Positions 37,438 through 51,906 of a stretch of DNA of 64,000 nt are shown piece by piece. The notes under the pieces were generated by a model. That model made no database searches and was not told where the DNA came from. It saw nothing but the letters and a program-made list of their open reading frames with translations. Source of the DNA: Lytechinus pictus (taxonomy: Eukaryota); NCBI RefSeq assembly GCF_037042905.1, contig NC_087246.1, positions 9,674,001 to 9,738,000 of the forward strand, in the 5' to 3' direction. The translations under genes were made by a program, and so were the position numbers. How positions within the stretch are numbered: the stretch's first letter is position 1; each line of letters begins with the position of its first letter.

Positions 37438-38997
37438 CACGGGCGTAAATCCGGGGGGGGGGGGGGGATACATCCCCCTTTTCGGAGGGGGGGGAGTGGC
37501 ATGTACAATCATCCTCCCAATATATATATATTTTTCAATCATCAAATGGTTAATATTACTGTTACGGTTAATATTAATGTGTGGATTCATCTTTAAATGC
37601 AGTCAAAGTGCTTGAATTGGCCTAATTTTGCATCTAAAAATGCAAAATTTCTCGCGCGGTCGCGGATATTCTTACAAGAATTTGGCCGTGACAAATCCCT
37701 ACGTTTTTCTTATTGCAAAGGTTATATCTACTGCATCATGTGAGTTTAGTTATAATAAGTCCATTTATGAATAAGTGATTCCAACAACTTTCAAATATAA
37801 TTATAACTCTTATCATAAACGAATTAAAACATCCTTTAAACACACTTTCGTGAGTATGGGAGGGGTCATTTGTGGAAGCGCGGATTTTGTACGAAAAATA
37901 TTTGGCCTACGTATTCTTCAAAAATATAATTACGACGAGTTACTGAAGACATTAATTAAATCAATGCCGTTAATGAAACATTCATCTTTACCATTTCATC
38001 CATAATTATAGGGGACTTTAAAGCACATTAATTAACACAACAATGAAATGAATATTTCATAAATGAATTTTGCTCAAAATTCGGATTTTCGCATCATCTC
38101 CCAATATAATCTTAAAGATTATTCGAAACCTTTAATTTTCATTTTCATCATTGTGGTATTTCCACGTTTTTGGAAGTTTATATTGTAGCATGTGATGGCC
38201 TATGATCATTTCATGTGGCATCCTTATTCCAGAGAATCATGATCCTATTTTTGCTTTCATTCTCATCTCACCTTTGACCAGTGAGCAAATGAGTTTTCAT
38301 TGAACAAAACTCGACTATCTAAATCCCTATTTGCTCTTTTTATATGTTTCTTGTTCATATCCTTCTTAGTTTAAGTTATTGATAATAATAATGCTCTTAT
38401 CATCCTCTGTTTTAATGCATATTATTTTAAACGACTGAAGCAACTTTTTAAGGCTCGCTAACTACGCTTCTCCCATAATTATTTGCACTCATTTGATAAT
38501 CATTCTTCTGTTTCTTCCAACTATGGAAAATTTGCTCGCTCGCTTCGCTCGCATTTGGATACTAACTGTAATCTAGTTGTTTATGTCACAACAAATCCAT
38601 CAAAATATAACCATAATTGTAATAGTTATTCAAGTGAAAGATGGTAGTATTATGCACGCAGTTATATACCCCTGTACATATCCCCCGTGATGTGATAACA
38701 CATACCACTTGAAAGAGGTTTTGGGGCAACATTCTTTCTTTTACCTACTGAAAATTTGCTCGCTCGCTTTTGGATATTAACTGCATGTAGTTCAGTAGTT
38801 TATAACACAACAAATTCATTATTATAGCCATTGAAAAAAACCTTAGAGCGGCATTTAAGTGAAAGATAAAAAGGATTATGTACACGGTTATATACCCCGT
38901 ATATAGCCTCAGGTGTGGGGTGTCCCCCAATTTTTTTATTTTCAGGTCAATATATTGCTTTCATCCCCCCACTGCTCGGACCGGATTTACGCCAGTG
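37438..38997. mobile_element. hAT-like non-autonomous element with 8-bp TSD
   Basis: TIR CACGGGCGTAAATCCGG / CCGGATTTACGCCAGTG. TSD TAATATAC at 37430-37437 and 38998-39005. Confidence 0.85.
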
Positions 38998-41259
38998 TAA
39001 TATACACAATATTATTGTATTGTAAAGAATAAACTGAGACAAGATCACCCTGAACATAACTTCGATCCTATATGGGGAGGGGGCAGGACGATCGCCCCCA
39101 TGAAAATATTTGGGGGTCATATCTATTTTTCCCCTTAAAAAATTATTTTGACAAACTTGAAAATAGTATAAAATTAAATGCAAAAACTTAATGCATCGGA
39201 AAGCACTATAAACTCTTTAAACTGTTTTTTTTTAAGTATCACACTATAAACCGAAGGGAAATAACATTCAATAAAAATAAGTCCAGGTTATTTGTTTTTT
39301 TAGAATGAAGTACAGGACTAATGATAAAAAAAAGAATATATAAAATTCTCAATTTTCGGCTCTCTTCATGTGTAAATTCGATATTACAATAAATATTTGG
39401 CGCACAGAGCGCGCTTAAAATTTTGGATATTCACCCACCCGAGGATCCACCACATCCCTGACGCTATACTATTTGTTTATAAGCTTCGGTCAGAGAGAAT
39501 ATAGCGACCGAGCCATTTGCTCAACAAGAAAACCGTCACATCCTAATAATGTCAATTAATATTTCAGAGTGCTTTCGACAAAATAATACACAAATTTAGA
39601 AATAGAATTTCAATTTCACGGCAACAGTATTGTTGTATTCTTGGTGGGTGAAGTAGGGAGGTCAATTTAAAAAAAAAAGTTGCAAGGCAGTCTATTGTAT
39701 TGCACCGGGGATCGTTGACTTTGTGCAGATTTAGAATGTTTTATGCGTGTAGCCATCGAGCGAGACAATTTTCTAATTTGACAGAGTTTAGAGCACTTGA
39801 CGACGCGACATGAATGGAATGCTATATTATTAGATACATAATGTACCCATATGTTCCCCCTTCTTTGGGCGTTGATTATTATTTAGGGGGGGGGGTTGAG
39901 TGATTTGGGGGAATTGGGGGCTTGAGCCCCAAAAGTAACTTCCTAGAACCGCGCCTGCAGATCATAATTGTGCTAATGGTTTTATAGTTTTTTGGTAACA
40001 TCTGTACAATTACTATATATGGTACAATAAGAAATCTAGATTTAAAAGAAATATGACAAAAAACGTTATTATTAGAATATATTTAGTTCAGCGTGCAAAG
40101 AGTTCATTGATAGGTGGACTAGCTCCAAGTTGTGGATACAATATAGGCCATTGATGACGAAGTCCACCTCCAACAAAATTAATAGAGTAAACAAATGAAA
40201 CAAGAAATTAATATCATAATCGGATATAGTTTAACTTGATTCCACAATACATCAACATTTTGAGGGAATCAATGACGTCACACAAAGGCATCAACAGATG
40301 TGAGTGTAAACAATATAAATGCAAATATTAAAGATTAAGAAATCTTAATTGTAGACAAAAATAATCTCAGGTGAAATCTAATCAATGTGAAATTGTAAAT
40401 ATTAGCTGCAACCTTTTGTGATTCAAAGTAGAACGAACTTGTCAAATTACCTGCAAACATGGAAAATTATTTTCTTAATAAATGGTTTATTCGCGGAACG
40501 AATTTAAAAGTGGGAGGGGCGGTGCTGCTGGCGTTTAGGGGGACTGCCCCACACCCTGCCCGGATTTGCTGAAAGAGTGCATGTGTTGGGTGTCGAGTCG
40601 TCGTGTTGACTGGAACTACGCCCTTTATAACTCGTCTAGTAAAGCAGCGCTTCTCAACATTTTTTGTTACTCGAGGACCACTTTGACCCTCAGACATGTC
40701 AGATGTTTTTTTTTTCGAGGCCCATCACCTACCAAAATTTTAAGAAAACGTTTTTTTTTCCAAAAATGTTTCGTGAAATTTGAACGCAAAGGTCTGAGGC
40801 ACATTCAAAACAAACAGTTTGAGAACTCTCGCAAATGTCCGGTAAAGCCCCAGATTTAAGCCCGCCCCCTCCCCCGCGGGTTACATGGTGCGCCGCGGAC
40901 CGAGTACAGGGCGTTCCTGTTTTCTACATGTACAGCGTGTCTTTAGAAGTTTTATTTCATTGTGTCGACTTTTGCTTGGCCTATTTTAGGGTATTAGTCG
41001 TACAAGCTCGCATTTATGTACACTGAAACCGGGCACTGAATGAAACCATGATAGCTAGCAGACGACGCACAATTCACAGACGTAAGACAGACCATCATGC
41101 TTTGCGTCTTGGCTACGACCGGAAGTTTGTGTTGACAGGAATGGCAATGGATTGGAATCTGGCTCAAAAATAATTCGCTTTTTTATTTTTTATTTTGAAA
41201 GTGTTTGATAATTTTTCCCGTGTAATTTCATCCTTGAAGAGACTGCTTGGCTTAGCGAA

Positions 41260-44200
41260 ATGCCTGGAGAAATAACAAAAATACCGCAGGTAAGGCCTAA
41301 ATTCCATCGCATTTTTATCAACTCTCCAGCTGTCCAGATATATTCGCAATCCCACCTGTTGAAAATGGTGTTGTGTGTGAACTGTGATCATCATTCTTAG
41401 CGCGACTCTAGTCTTGAGGACGCAATGATGATGATTTTTAAAATAATGAAATATACTTCTTCATCATTGACGTCTTGACACTCTTCCCCCAGTCGCATAA
41501 GAGAAGGACCATAATAAAGATGGATTTCCCTCGGAAATCCATCTTTAGAAACAAAAATCACTTTAATTGTATTGATTTCATTAATTTTCACACCTTCCTA
41601 CGCCTAATGCGTAGGAAGGTTCTAAAAATTATAACATGAAAATGTGAAAAATTTAAGGTTTCTTACCTAACTGATGCCGGATAAACACCTCGATCCACAT
41701 GTAAACAACGTAAGTACAATAGCGTCGACCCTTGAACCGCTTATGTATGACGTACTTCCGGCTAGCGATGCCGTTCTGATGAATAATTTATAGAAAAAAA
41801 AAATTATTTCGCAAATGTTAAAATGTATCACGTAAATTAAAAATAATTGTCAGTTTCATACCAATTATTTTTAATTACGTAATAAATTTTAACATTTGCA
41901 AAATAATTTTTTTTCTATAAATTATTCATCAGAACGGCATCGCTAGCCAGAAGTACGTCATACATAAGCGGTTCAAGGGTCGACGCTATTGTACTTACGT
42001 TGTTTACATGTGGATCGAGGGGTTTACTCAGCATCAGTTAGGTAAGAAACCTTAAATTTTTCACATTTTCATGTTATAATTTTTAGAACCTTCCTACGCA
42101 TTAGGCGTAGGAAGGTGTGAAAATTAATGAAATCAATACAATTAAAGTGATTTTTGTTTCTAAAGATGGATTTCCGAGGGAAATCCATCTTTATTATGGT
42201 CCTTCTCTTATGCGACTGGGGGAAGAGTGTCAAGACGTCAATGATGAAGAAGTATATTTCATTATTTTAAAAATCATCATCATTGCGTCCTCAAGACTAG
42301 CGCGACTCCGCACAGACACAGTTACCGTTTTGGCGTTAGAATATAGATCTAACGTTAGGGTCATAGATCACGTCATTACACTTGTTTAATGAACAAGGTT
42401 ATGATATATGGTACTTGGTAGCGGTCCTAAACTAAAGCTACGCACCACTCATCGCGCATGCAAATTAATTAATTGCGCACGGCCACGGGTCGTGCACAAT
42501 TCGCGTCTAGATTCCACTCACAGTCACACGTATTGCGAGGACCCGAGGTTAGTAATAGTATACTAACCTCGCACCATGAACCGCGTTTGGCAGTGGATTT
42601 CTAACTAGTGGGTCGCGCATGCTGCGATCCCACTTCTGGTGTCCACAACACACGACTTCTAATTCTATGGCTTGATTTTTCTGTGCGCGGCGGCAAGTAA
42701 TGAACCCTTGAGTGTCTAGAATCTAGATCTAGTTTAATTTAAAGTCGTGATACTTGGGGCAAGCTATGAGGATGAAAATAATCGATGTTTTTTTTTCCAT
42801 GCCACAGTATACTGCCGAGAACAAGGTAATATAATCATAACCTTGTTCCTGGATGAGTCGTCGTGTGTAGTAGTCTTGCCTCTTTCTTTGCCTTAGGTTA
42901 GGCTTGGCCCGGATTGGGGACAAAATGTTTGATTTTTGGACACTGCCAGTTTGTCAAAATAATATTGACTCAAATTTATGCTACAGAGCTGTTAAATTGA
43001 TCTTGATTTGCATTGCACTAGTTTCTTTTTTAATACATTGTATCATGAGAATTTTACAATTTAACATTAATAAAGCTGTGATTAATTTTTTCTTTTAATT
43101 ATTTTTTTCCTAGCCAAAAGAGCACAAGGCTAAGATCTGTCTGTGGTAAGTAGTACGTGTAAATGTGAGTGGTATTTATTAGTCATTCACAAAATCCATA
43201 TCTTGTTTGCAACTATTCTTCACTGTTTATCCTCTAACAAATATTTTTATATTAATTTTTTTAAATGAATAAATTTGATTTGCACATACACGTATCTGCG
43301 CGATTCTAGTAAAAAAAGATACGCAACGAACCAAACTTTACACATCATCATCTGTATGGGAATGTAGGTAGTCCTGTAAATCTCCCGGTGGTAAACACGT
43401 GATGCATAATTAAAAGTCTATATACAGTGCGGGCCGGGCCTGGATGTCAGACAATTCCGAAATGTTTGCTTGACCAAAAATAATCTAATCCATGTTTAAA
43501 TGAGTTTATGCAGGAGGACATTACTAGTGTTGCAAGCAAACTATTCCAAGATTGGATCACTCTTTTACTGAAATGATGCAATACATAGACAGATATTCAT
43601 TAAAAAAATTGGCTCAAAATGGAAAAATAATGAATTTTGGGCATTTCATTTTGGCCTCAAAATACAGCCTTTCTCACCAAAATCTGAAAGATTTTGTGAA
43701 ATAAAATGAAATTCATGTTAAATCCTAACTCAAATCGTTAGGTGCGCAGATCTGGGGACCACCATCACATGTAGATTCCTGTGGAGTTAGATCATATCTT
43801 TCTACAGATACTAGAAATACCCTTGCCACCCAAATTAATGGCTTGTCCCTTAAAAAAAAGTTAAATTATTGATGAATGGAGCAGCAGGCACCATCAGGAT
43901 GTACATGTAGCTATGAATTATGATGCATGATGCAAAGTTAGTTATATAAACAAGGGAATGCTTGTAACTTTTGTGTAGGATAATTTTCAGGTTAATTTGT
44001 AGATATGGGGCCTGTCTTACAAAGAGTTGCGATTGATCCAATCAATTGCAACTATGGAAAGCCAGCAAAGTCAACATAGAAAATGCATGTTTGTTCAAAA
44101 ACATTTCTGGATATAAATGTCTATCCATAAAATAATGGATTTCTTGGCAATCTGGTGTGTTTTCCTTTGTTTACGAAGGACATTTTGCAAATTTCTTGTA

Positions 44201-47200
44201 GAAAAAAATATGACATGGATGGATTTCCATAGATTTACAATTGATTGGATCGATCGTAACTGTTTGTAAGATGGAATCCAATTCATACTTATTCATGCTT
44301 GTTTATATACAAGAGAACTGTTGCTGAGCTAGCTCCAAAAGCATCTTGGGATAGTATGTACTCTCTACAAATCTACATTATTATTATAACTAAATACTGA
44401 AGAAAAAATGAATCTAAAAAATATTTTTGCCAAGTAGTATTATAATTACAGGAACTCATTTTTTAAACACAAAGAAGAGCAGAATTCCTGTTATATTACA
44501 GATTTGGATTGTCAGACCCTTTTTTTAAAGTAGGCTGTATGTTTTGAGTTTTTTTTACATTAAAACAGAGTTTTAAGAGGATATGTTCTTTTCTATGACA
44601 TAAATGAATCTATACAGATAACAAAATTGTGACAATACAATTAGATGTTCCTTTAAATTAAGTTTGTTTGTAGATTGATTGTTCATGACATGATTTTCAA
44701 TAAAATGTTGAATGTCTATTTGCAATCTTTTTTGTAGGGCTGATTTAGATGTTCATAAGTCTGAGGAAATCAAGGGAGCAGCAAGTATGGAAGAAGTAAA
44801 GAGGTAAAGTAAATTTTGTAAGTCTTCAAAGAGTGTAACTGCTCTTCCCATGAAGCTATTTTTTTTTGTTTTCATTATTCATGAAAAACCATCAAAACTT
44901 TGAGTTTCTGTACAAAGTGAAGGAGGACACCCTTTCATGTTTATGTTCATATTGTTTGTCTCATTTCTTAGAAAATGTAAACATCTTTCTGATGTAATGA
45001 ATTATATTTCATTGTAATTATTTCTCATTTTCTTTGCGTATATGAATTTTGAATGTTTCTTAAATTCTTTGAAAAAATCTAGTGTTACTTGAAAAGCTAA
45101 GATTTGAGAACAGCAATATGCCACCATATATGACTTAATTTTTTTAAGTAGAAGACTGTGTTATTCACCAGACATTTGATTAACACTGAATATTAATATA
45201 CAGATATTTTTTCACTTATTGAATTGTAGGAGTTCACTGATTGTATATACAGATTTTTCCAATGCAATCTAATATCATTTCAAAACAGGATATTAGCTGA
45301 TCACTTTATGCTGACTGACTACAAAGAGAACCCTAGATCTGCTGCTCTTCTAGATTTGTACTTCTATGCCACACAATTTGCATTGAACCATAATTTTACC
45401 AAGGAACAGCTTTCTGTATTCTTTTCCATTGTAAAGAAGACTCATATGGTTTGTGTTGGTGAGTATGATGCATGTTTACTATACACATTTATGCAATGAT
45501 TAAAACATTGAATTATCTAAGTTATTTCACTCATGACCCCCTATATCTTTACGATCTAGGTTGTTTTAAGCTATGTTCACTGAACCATATAAACTTCAAA
45601 AGTAGTTGTTGTACTCAAAGATCAACTGAACTGAAGCTGACTTTCTGAGGTCAAACCTGTAGTCAATTTTATCCATTGTTTGGTTTTTGCTGCAGGTAAA
45701 GCAAAAGTATTTGCTCAAAAAGGTTAAAGTGATCATGAGTATGTTACATTACAGCAGTCACATGTTTAAAGATATTTATTTAAAAAATATGCTTTTTAGT
45801 TAATACTTTGAAACCCTTGCCGGATTGAAGAAAATTATCACTTTAGTTTTGAATTCTAAAAAATGATGATACATATTGAATCTGAATATGTCTCACAAAC
45901 TTTGATTTAAAGCAACAATAAGTCCCCTGACTCCCCATGTTACTTTGAATAATAAATATATTACAGCACTTGCCCAAGCTTTAAAGAGATCTATTTGAAA
46001 AGCTCAAATTACAGGATTTATGCCAGATCAATTATTTACCTCTTTTTATCATTTTATGAATATTTTTTCCTTGTTTTTGAAAACCTAAAGTACTAAAACC
46101 TATAAAAAAGTATTGTCAGAAAGAAAATGAGGTTTATCATGTGTTTATGTCACTAGTCCACCGTAGGCGGGTTCCATAGGCCTTTTTTTTTATATTTAAA
46201 AAAATATTTTTTCTGGGTAGTCAGTCTGTAAACTATATATTCATCAAAGCAGGAACGGAACAATAAAAGCAAGATATCTTTTAATTAATTCAAAGAGTTT
46301 TGATGTGCTATATTAAGGGGTAATAACATTAATAAATCCCTGTTTATTGAAAGCTTAAAAAAAAAAAATGAATTGCTTTCTTATTGCTTGACTGATAAGA
46401 AATAACTTGTTCTATTTCTTGATACAATATTAAAATCAATAAAAAAATAATACATGTAGTATTATTTTTGTAAAGTGCAAAGATTATCCAATAAAAGTAT
46501 ACATGTATGTGTGTATATTTCATTCCAGAAACTCCATTTGGAAATGTTGAACAGTGTTACGACTACTTCAAAGAACTTGTTCTCTGTCATGCAGTTTTGG
46601 TATGTTCAAATCTCATATTTTCCTTTTTAAATTTATTTGAGAGACCCCTACCAGACCGAAAACTGAACTTGACAAATCATATACCAATTGAAAGCTTACA
46701 AACCACAAATGCACATAAACACATCCATGCAAGGTTTATGAATTTTCACCAATCGCAAGCCAAGTATTTTACTTGAGAACAGCTCTTATTATGAGGCTAT
46801 GAAAACAGTTTTGTATATTGAAAAACAATGATTTTTTTTCAGATTATGCATTTGATTTTCTTTACTTCATTCATATGGAAATATCATAAGTATATTTTTC
46901 TGCATGCTTAATTGATGAAACATACTTTTTGCCATGTTTTATTACCTGCCTATTTCATTAAAGGACAAGTCCACCCCAACAAAACGTTGATTTGAAGAAA
47001 AAAAGGAGAAAAATCCAACAAGCAAAACACTGAAAATTTCATCAAAATCGGATGTAAAATAAGAAAGTTATGACATTTTAAAGTTTTGCTTAATTTCACA
47101 AAACAGTAATATGCACATCCTGGTCGGTATGCAAATTGGCAGACTGATGACGTCCCCCACTCACTATTTCTTTTGTATTTTATTATATGAAATATTCTAA

Positions 47201-50200
47201 TTTTCTCCTGTTTGTCAAGTGAAAAGAAGTTTTATTTCTCCCTGAACATGTGGAATTACCATCATTTTAACAGTTTATGGTTAAGTTAAGTTGGTCCTTA
47301 TTGTCAAATCTGTAAAAATTGAAATATTGTATTATTCAAACAATAAAAAACAAAAGAAATAGTGAGTGTTGGACATCATCAACTCTCTCATTTGCATATC
47401 GTTGAGTCGTGCATTTAACTGTTTTGTGAAAAATAAGCGAAACTTAAAAATGTCATAACTTTCTTACTTTACATCCAATTTCGATGAAATTTGCCGCATT
47501 ATGTTTGTCTGATTTTTCTCTATCAATTCAAATCAGCAATTTTCTGGGGTGGACTTGACCTTCAACTATTGGTATATATCACACGTTACAGTTTTTACCT
47601 GGCGAAATAAGAAAGCACTAAAACCAAGTCAATAGTGGCAGGTCTCCATCCATTTGAGAACTAAACAATTGTAATTGTCATTTTCCTTTGCAAATAAAAA
47701 AAAAAGAAATTGAATTCATAGTCTGGAAACAAAAATATTCAATCTTTTCTGTGTACAAACCTATGTAATCACAACCTTCCTGACACAGTATGATGACATG
47801 CAATTCAGCCATGAAGAAGCACAATAAAGCCTGTTTGAAACCCGATAATTTGAATTTTTCTTAGGAAAAATACTCGGCTAAAGCCAGTTAATTTTGATTT
47901 TTATGTATAAAATTAACATTGTTGTGCTTTGTAGCTTAGAGTCTCAATTTGCAGATTTCACGTTTAGCTCTGGTCTGGGTCTTTAATTGTACTTTAAGTT
48001 TGTAAAAAAAATACCCTACATCCATTGTAAGTTTATTACATAATTTTATAGTCCATGTATTTTAGACCCATTTCACTAAGTAATGGATGCAAGGAAATTT
48101 TACTGGAATTTTAAAGGAAATTGGACCCACCCCACCCCTCATACAGAATGTTGAATAGCTTGCATATAATACATTGCAAATTTGAAAACTATTTTTACCT
48201 GTTTGTTTTATTCCGTTACAGAGACCGCCATGGAGTGTCAACTTGTTTAGTCATGAGCATGTCCGTCTGGTCATCGACTATGTGGTGAATACATACTTCA
48301 GACACTTCAAGCTTTACAAGTATGTCTTCACCCCACTTGTCAAGTTAGACCTCTCTATATCATATGCTGGGATGCCAGAAGAGGAAGAACCGCAAACCGA
48401 AGGTAAAAAGCAATTGCAATCCACCCCCCCCCAAAAAAAAAAAATGAATAAATAAATAAAATAAAATAAATAGAATTAACAAAATTAAAAAAAACCCTCA
48501 TATTCTAAACTCATATTTTAATTTCAATTCTGGTCTAAAGTTTTGTTTTAAATATTATGGATTACTAATTGTGACATTGTCTGCACATTTTGTGCTCAAT
48601 TCATTCATTACTGTCTGGGAATATATTACTAAAATAGTTTTCTTCACCATTAAAATGTGGTGCAAGAACACACTAAACATAAAAAAAATACAATTTAAAC
48701 AACATTTTGACATTGCTTGCTTCCCTATAATTTCAGCATAGCTTTAGACCTTAGTTGGAATGGACTGTAACATATGGGTGAACATGCTTGTATAATTAAA
48801 GATATATATTATCTGATCAAATTTGTCCAAACCCATTATCATCTGGTGCTCCAGATACCATCCTTTGATAGATGCTTCTGTACTGTCCAAATTTAAAATG
48901 CATTTATATCAATAAGAAAAAATAAACACAGTGAGGTACAGGAATGTAGAAAAAGATACAGAAGAAGAGGAACGACAACACAATCTTTAATTTGCAATGT
49001 TTCTACAATATCCTTTATCATACAACTCAACTGTCTGGACCAAGTTATGTATTTTGAGTGATATCTTGTTTTGTAAACATAATTCTGTGTACTGAGATAA
49101 ATCAAATTGTTCATACATACTGAAGAATATGAAATAGAAGAAACAGAGACTGAGGGATAGTTCCTACTTATGTGTTTTTTGTTCCTTGTTGATTCTAGTT
49201 TGTATCACGAGATGCGGCAAACCAATGATTGTGCTCTAGAATCTCTTGTAAGCAGTCTGATCAGCTCTCAATTCTCCATTTTGTGTTTTTTTATTTTCAT
49301 TTTATCTGACAGAGGAAGAATTGAAAGCTATTGAGGAGGAAGAAGATGGGCCTATGAAGGAAGACCAGGACCAGGTTACACCTGAAGGACAAGAATTAGA
49401 AAAACCAACCAGTCCAGAAGGTGAATTTGTCATACATGTAGAATAATGATGACAATTTTTTTTTGGAGTAGTCCTCAACATTCAAGTATTCAATTTTTAA
49501 AGAGATTTTTTTTTGTAACTTAAAACTGTTTCATGAAGCTGTTTGTCAGCGATTCTAAACAAGTCAACCAATCAGATGCAAGAATATCACTAGTTTATAA
49601 CATTTTTGTCTCACCTGAAAGAAGTTCGGCAGAGACTGAGTGATCTCTTTTCCTGTTGGTCTGTCAGTTTGTTGGTCTGTTACAAAAATGTTTAAGTTTG
49701 TGTTCAATTTGCTCTCATTTTTTATTTCTACAACAATTATGTTCATACTTGGTACATATGATACTTGGATAAAACACATTTGAGCCCATGAGAATGATGG
49801 GGTCTGTTACCACATTTTAGCCCATGAGAATGATGGGGTCAAAGGTCATCTCGGAGTTGAAAGTTCATATGATATCAGGTCATGTCCATCCTTTTTGTAG
49901 TTTTTGTGCATCTTGCTCCTATCTCTTTATTTCTCCATCGATTGTTATCACACTTGGTTCAAATGAACCTTGGGTAATACCACATGTAGGGTCAAAGATC
50001 ATCTTAAGGTGAAGTTTTTGTTCAAATTGCTCTCATTTCTTTATTTCTCCATCAATTGTGTTTACAAATAATCATTGGGTAATACCACCCTTGTGTTCAT
50101 GAGGATCATTAGGACAAAGGTCATTTCCCGGGGGGGGGAGGGGGGGGGCAGTCAAATGTATTGCTGTACACACGCGTGGCCAAATTATTTCCAAATACCC

Positions 50201-51426
50201 CCTAAACTAGTTTTTCTCTGTGTGCAAAATAACCCCCTAAACAAGTTTTTCGCGGGCTTTATTTACACATTTTAGCCCCTAAACAAGTTGTAGCCAGAAT
50301 ATGACCTCGGGGAAAAAAAACATACCCTTAACAAGTTTGGCTAGTCTTAAAAAAAAAGCTTTCGAAAAAAAAAATACCCTGAATATGTTTCACCCTGCGA
50401 TTGACCATTGACCAGTCTTTCAAACTACCTCTTTTTTTTTGAAAATCGGTGTTTTTGATACCCTTAACGAGTGCACGTGCGGCCCGCGTCCAAAACTGAA
50501 AAAAAAACACCCCTTTAAACGCTTTTTTTTGGTCACGCGTGTGTACAGCAATATATTTGACTGGCCTCCCGGGGGTCATTTAGGGGTCAAAAGATCATAC
50601 TGCATAGTTTATAGATCATGTAAAATCAGGCGAGACTGGTGGTTCGTGAACCACCTTGTTCAGTGAACATCTCTGTACAGATACTTCATTAGACACTCCC
50701 TTGATTGCTAAAAAATCATGAATTGTAAGCAATAACCCAGAGGATTTACTGATGTAAAGTCATCTCTATTAAAGGGAAGGGACCGGGTAATCATCTGATT
50801 AAGTGCTATAAAGGACACTGGCACACTGACTTCGTTTAAACCAGTGAATAAATTATATGGGGGTTTGGGGCGAAATCCCAGAAATGCTCAAAGGAGACCT
50901 GGAAAATCCCAATTCACTGCAAGTTTAGCTTGTCCAATGTAGCAGATTTAGGCAGTAGGTTGTGCAAAGCAGCTCCCGAAAATAAAAAAAGAATAATTTT
51001 GCTTGTCTGAATGAAATATTCTACTTAGCAGTTAGAACAGATGAGCAATGATTAACTTGACCTTCATTATTCCATCTTATTACATTTTGTTAAGTGTAAT
51101 ATATTTTAAAGTGGTAAGTCTTTCAAATCAGGAATATATAAGAGAATGTATAAGAATTCTCTGTTTTCTTTTTTTTCTTCATTTAGCTTTGAAAATTATT
51201 ACAACTAATTTATTATCTTTCATTCTCAGAAGAGGAATCTGAAACCACAAAGGAACTCCGTAAGCTGATCACCACGCAGCTCAACGATGAACTATCTAAA
51301 CTGCGCATCAGCCTCTCTGACCAGATCCAACAGAATAATGACTCATTGCAGAAGAAACTTTCCCTGGTTGACGATCCAGGAAATGGGAAGGTGGGACGTG
51401 CTTCCAGTAAGAGCAAGAAGAAATAG
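41260..51426 (+). CDS. CFAP119: Cilia- and flagella-associated protein 119 (CCDC189), 8 coding exons, ~284 aa
   Basis: Exons 41260-41289, 43114-43145, 44738-44803, 45289-45458, 46529-46599, 48222-48402, 49313-49420, 51230-51426, all GT-AG and in phase. ETPFGNVEQCYDYF...RPPWSVNLF...DYVVNTYFRHFKLYKYVFTP matches the family as I recall it. Exon 1 is the least certain. Confidence 0.85.
41409..42299. mobile_element. 891-bp near-perfect foldback DNA transposon with 9-bp TSD in CFAP119 intron 1
   Basis: Arms 41409-41849 and 41862-42299 (TAGTCTTGAGG...CCTCAAGACTA). TSD GCGCGACTC at 41400-41408 and 42300-42308. Confidence 0.9.
44006..44280. mobile_element. MITE family copy (second copy at ~61313-61578)
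   Basis: TCTTACAAAGAGTTGCGATTGATCCAATCAA...TTGATTGGATCGATCGTAACTGTTTGTAAGA inverted ends, with similar internal sequence at both loci. Confidence 0.75.
46962..47561. mobile_element. Kolobok-like MITE (TTAA target)
   Basis: TTAA|AGGACAAGTCCACCCC...GGGGTGGACTTGACCT|TCAA with long inverted arms. A degenerate relative lies at ~58990-59323. Confidence 0.75.
50127..50573. mobile_element. MITE with 8-bp TSD
   Basis: CCCGGG...CAGTCAAATGTATTGCTGTACACACGCGTG is mirrored at the right end. TSD GGTCATTT at 50119-50126 and 50574-50581. Confidence 0.85.
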
Positions 51427-51906
51427 CATCATTTATTTACCATGTCAGGACGTTGCGGACTGCTATCTGCTATAAGCTACAGATGGACCGTTATAATCTG
51501 ATGGGTATTTCTGATAAGAGGAATGTATGTTGTTTTTAAGTCAGGAAGTTTAATGATAAAGTCTTTGTAGTCTGGAGGAACACTGCTGGAGGATTTGGAT
51601 AGACTGCATGAGCGCCTTCTGCTTTTATTCAGTTTCTAGATCTTGTGATACAAGGTGTTGGCCATTGACAAGCATGGTACAACATAAGATTGCAAACAAA
51701 AATAAATACAAAAGGGGCTTGGTGATGATTGTGATTTGTTAAAGTGTAAATTGATTCAAAGTGTAAAGCATGTTGTAGGGATCCAAATGGCGTCCGTCCG
51801 TGCTTTTATAAAAAGTGAATAGTCTATGTCAGGACAGGTTCCCATGGGTGTTTCACTAAGAGTTAAATGTGACATAAAGTTATACTTGGTGTCAACATGC
51901 ACACAT

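Noticed and set aside
41397..42389. Duplicated MKINEINTIK... ORFs on opposite strands
   Set aside because: They are mirror images inside the foldback arms, start at GTG and have no protein features.
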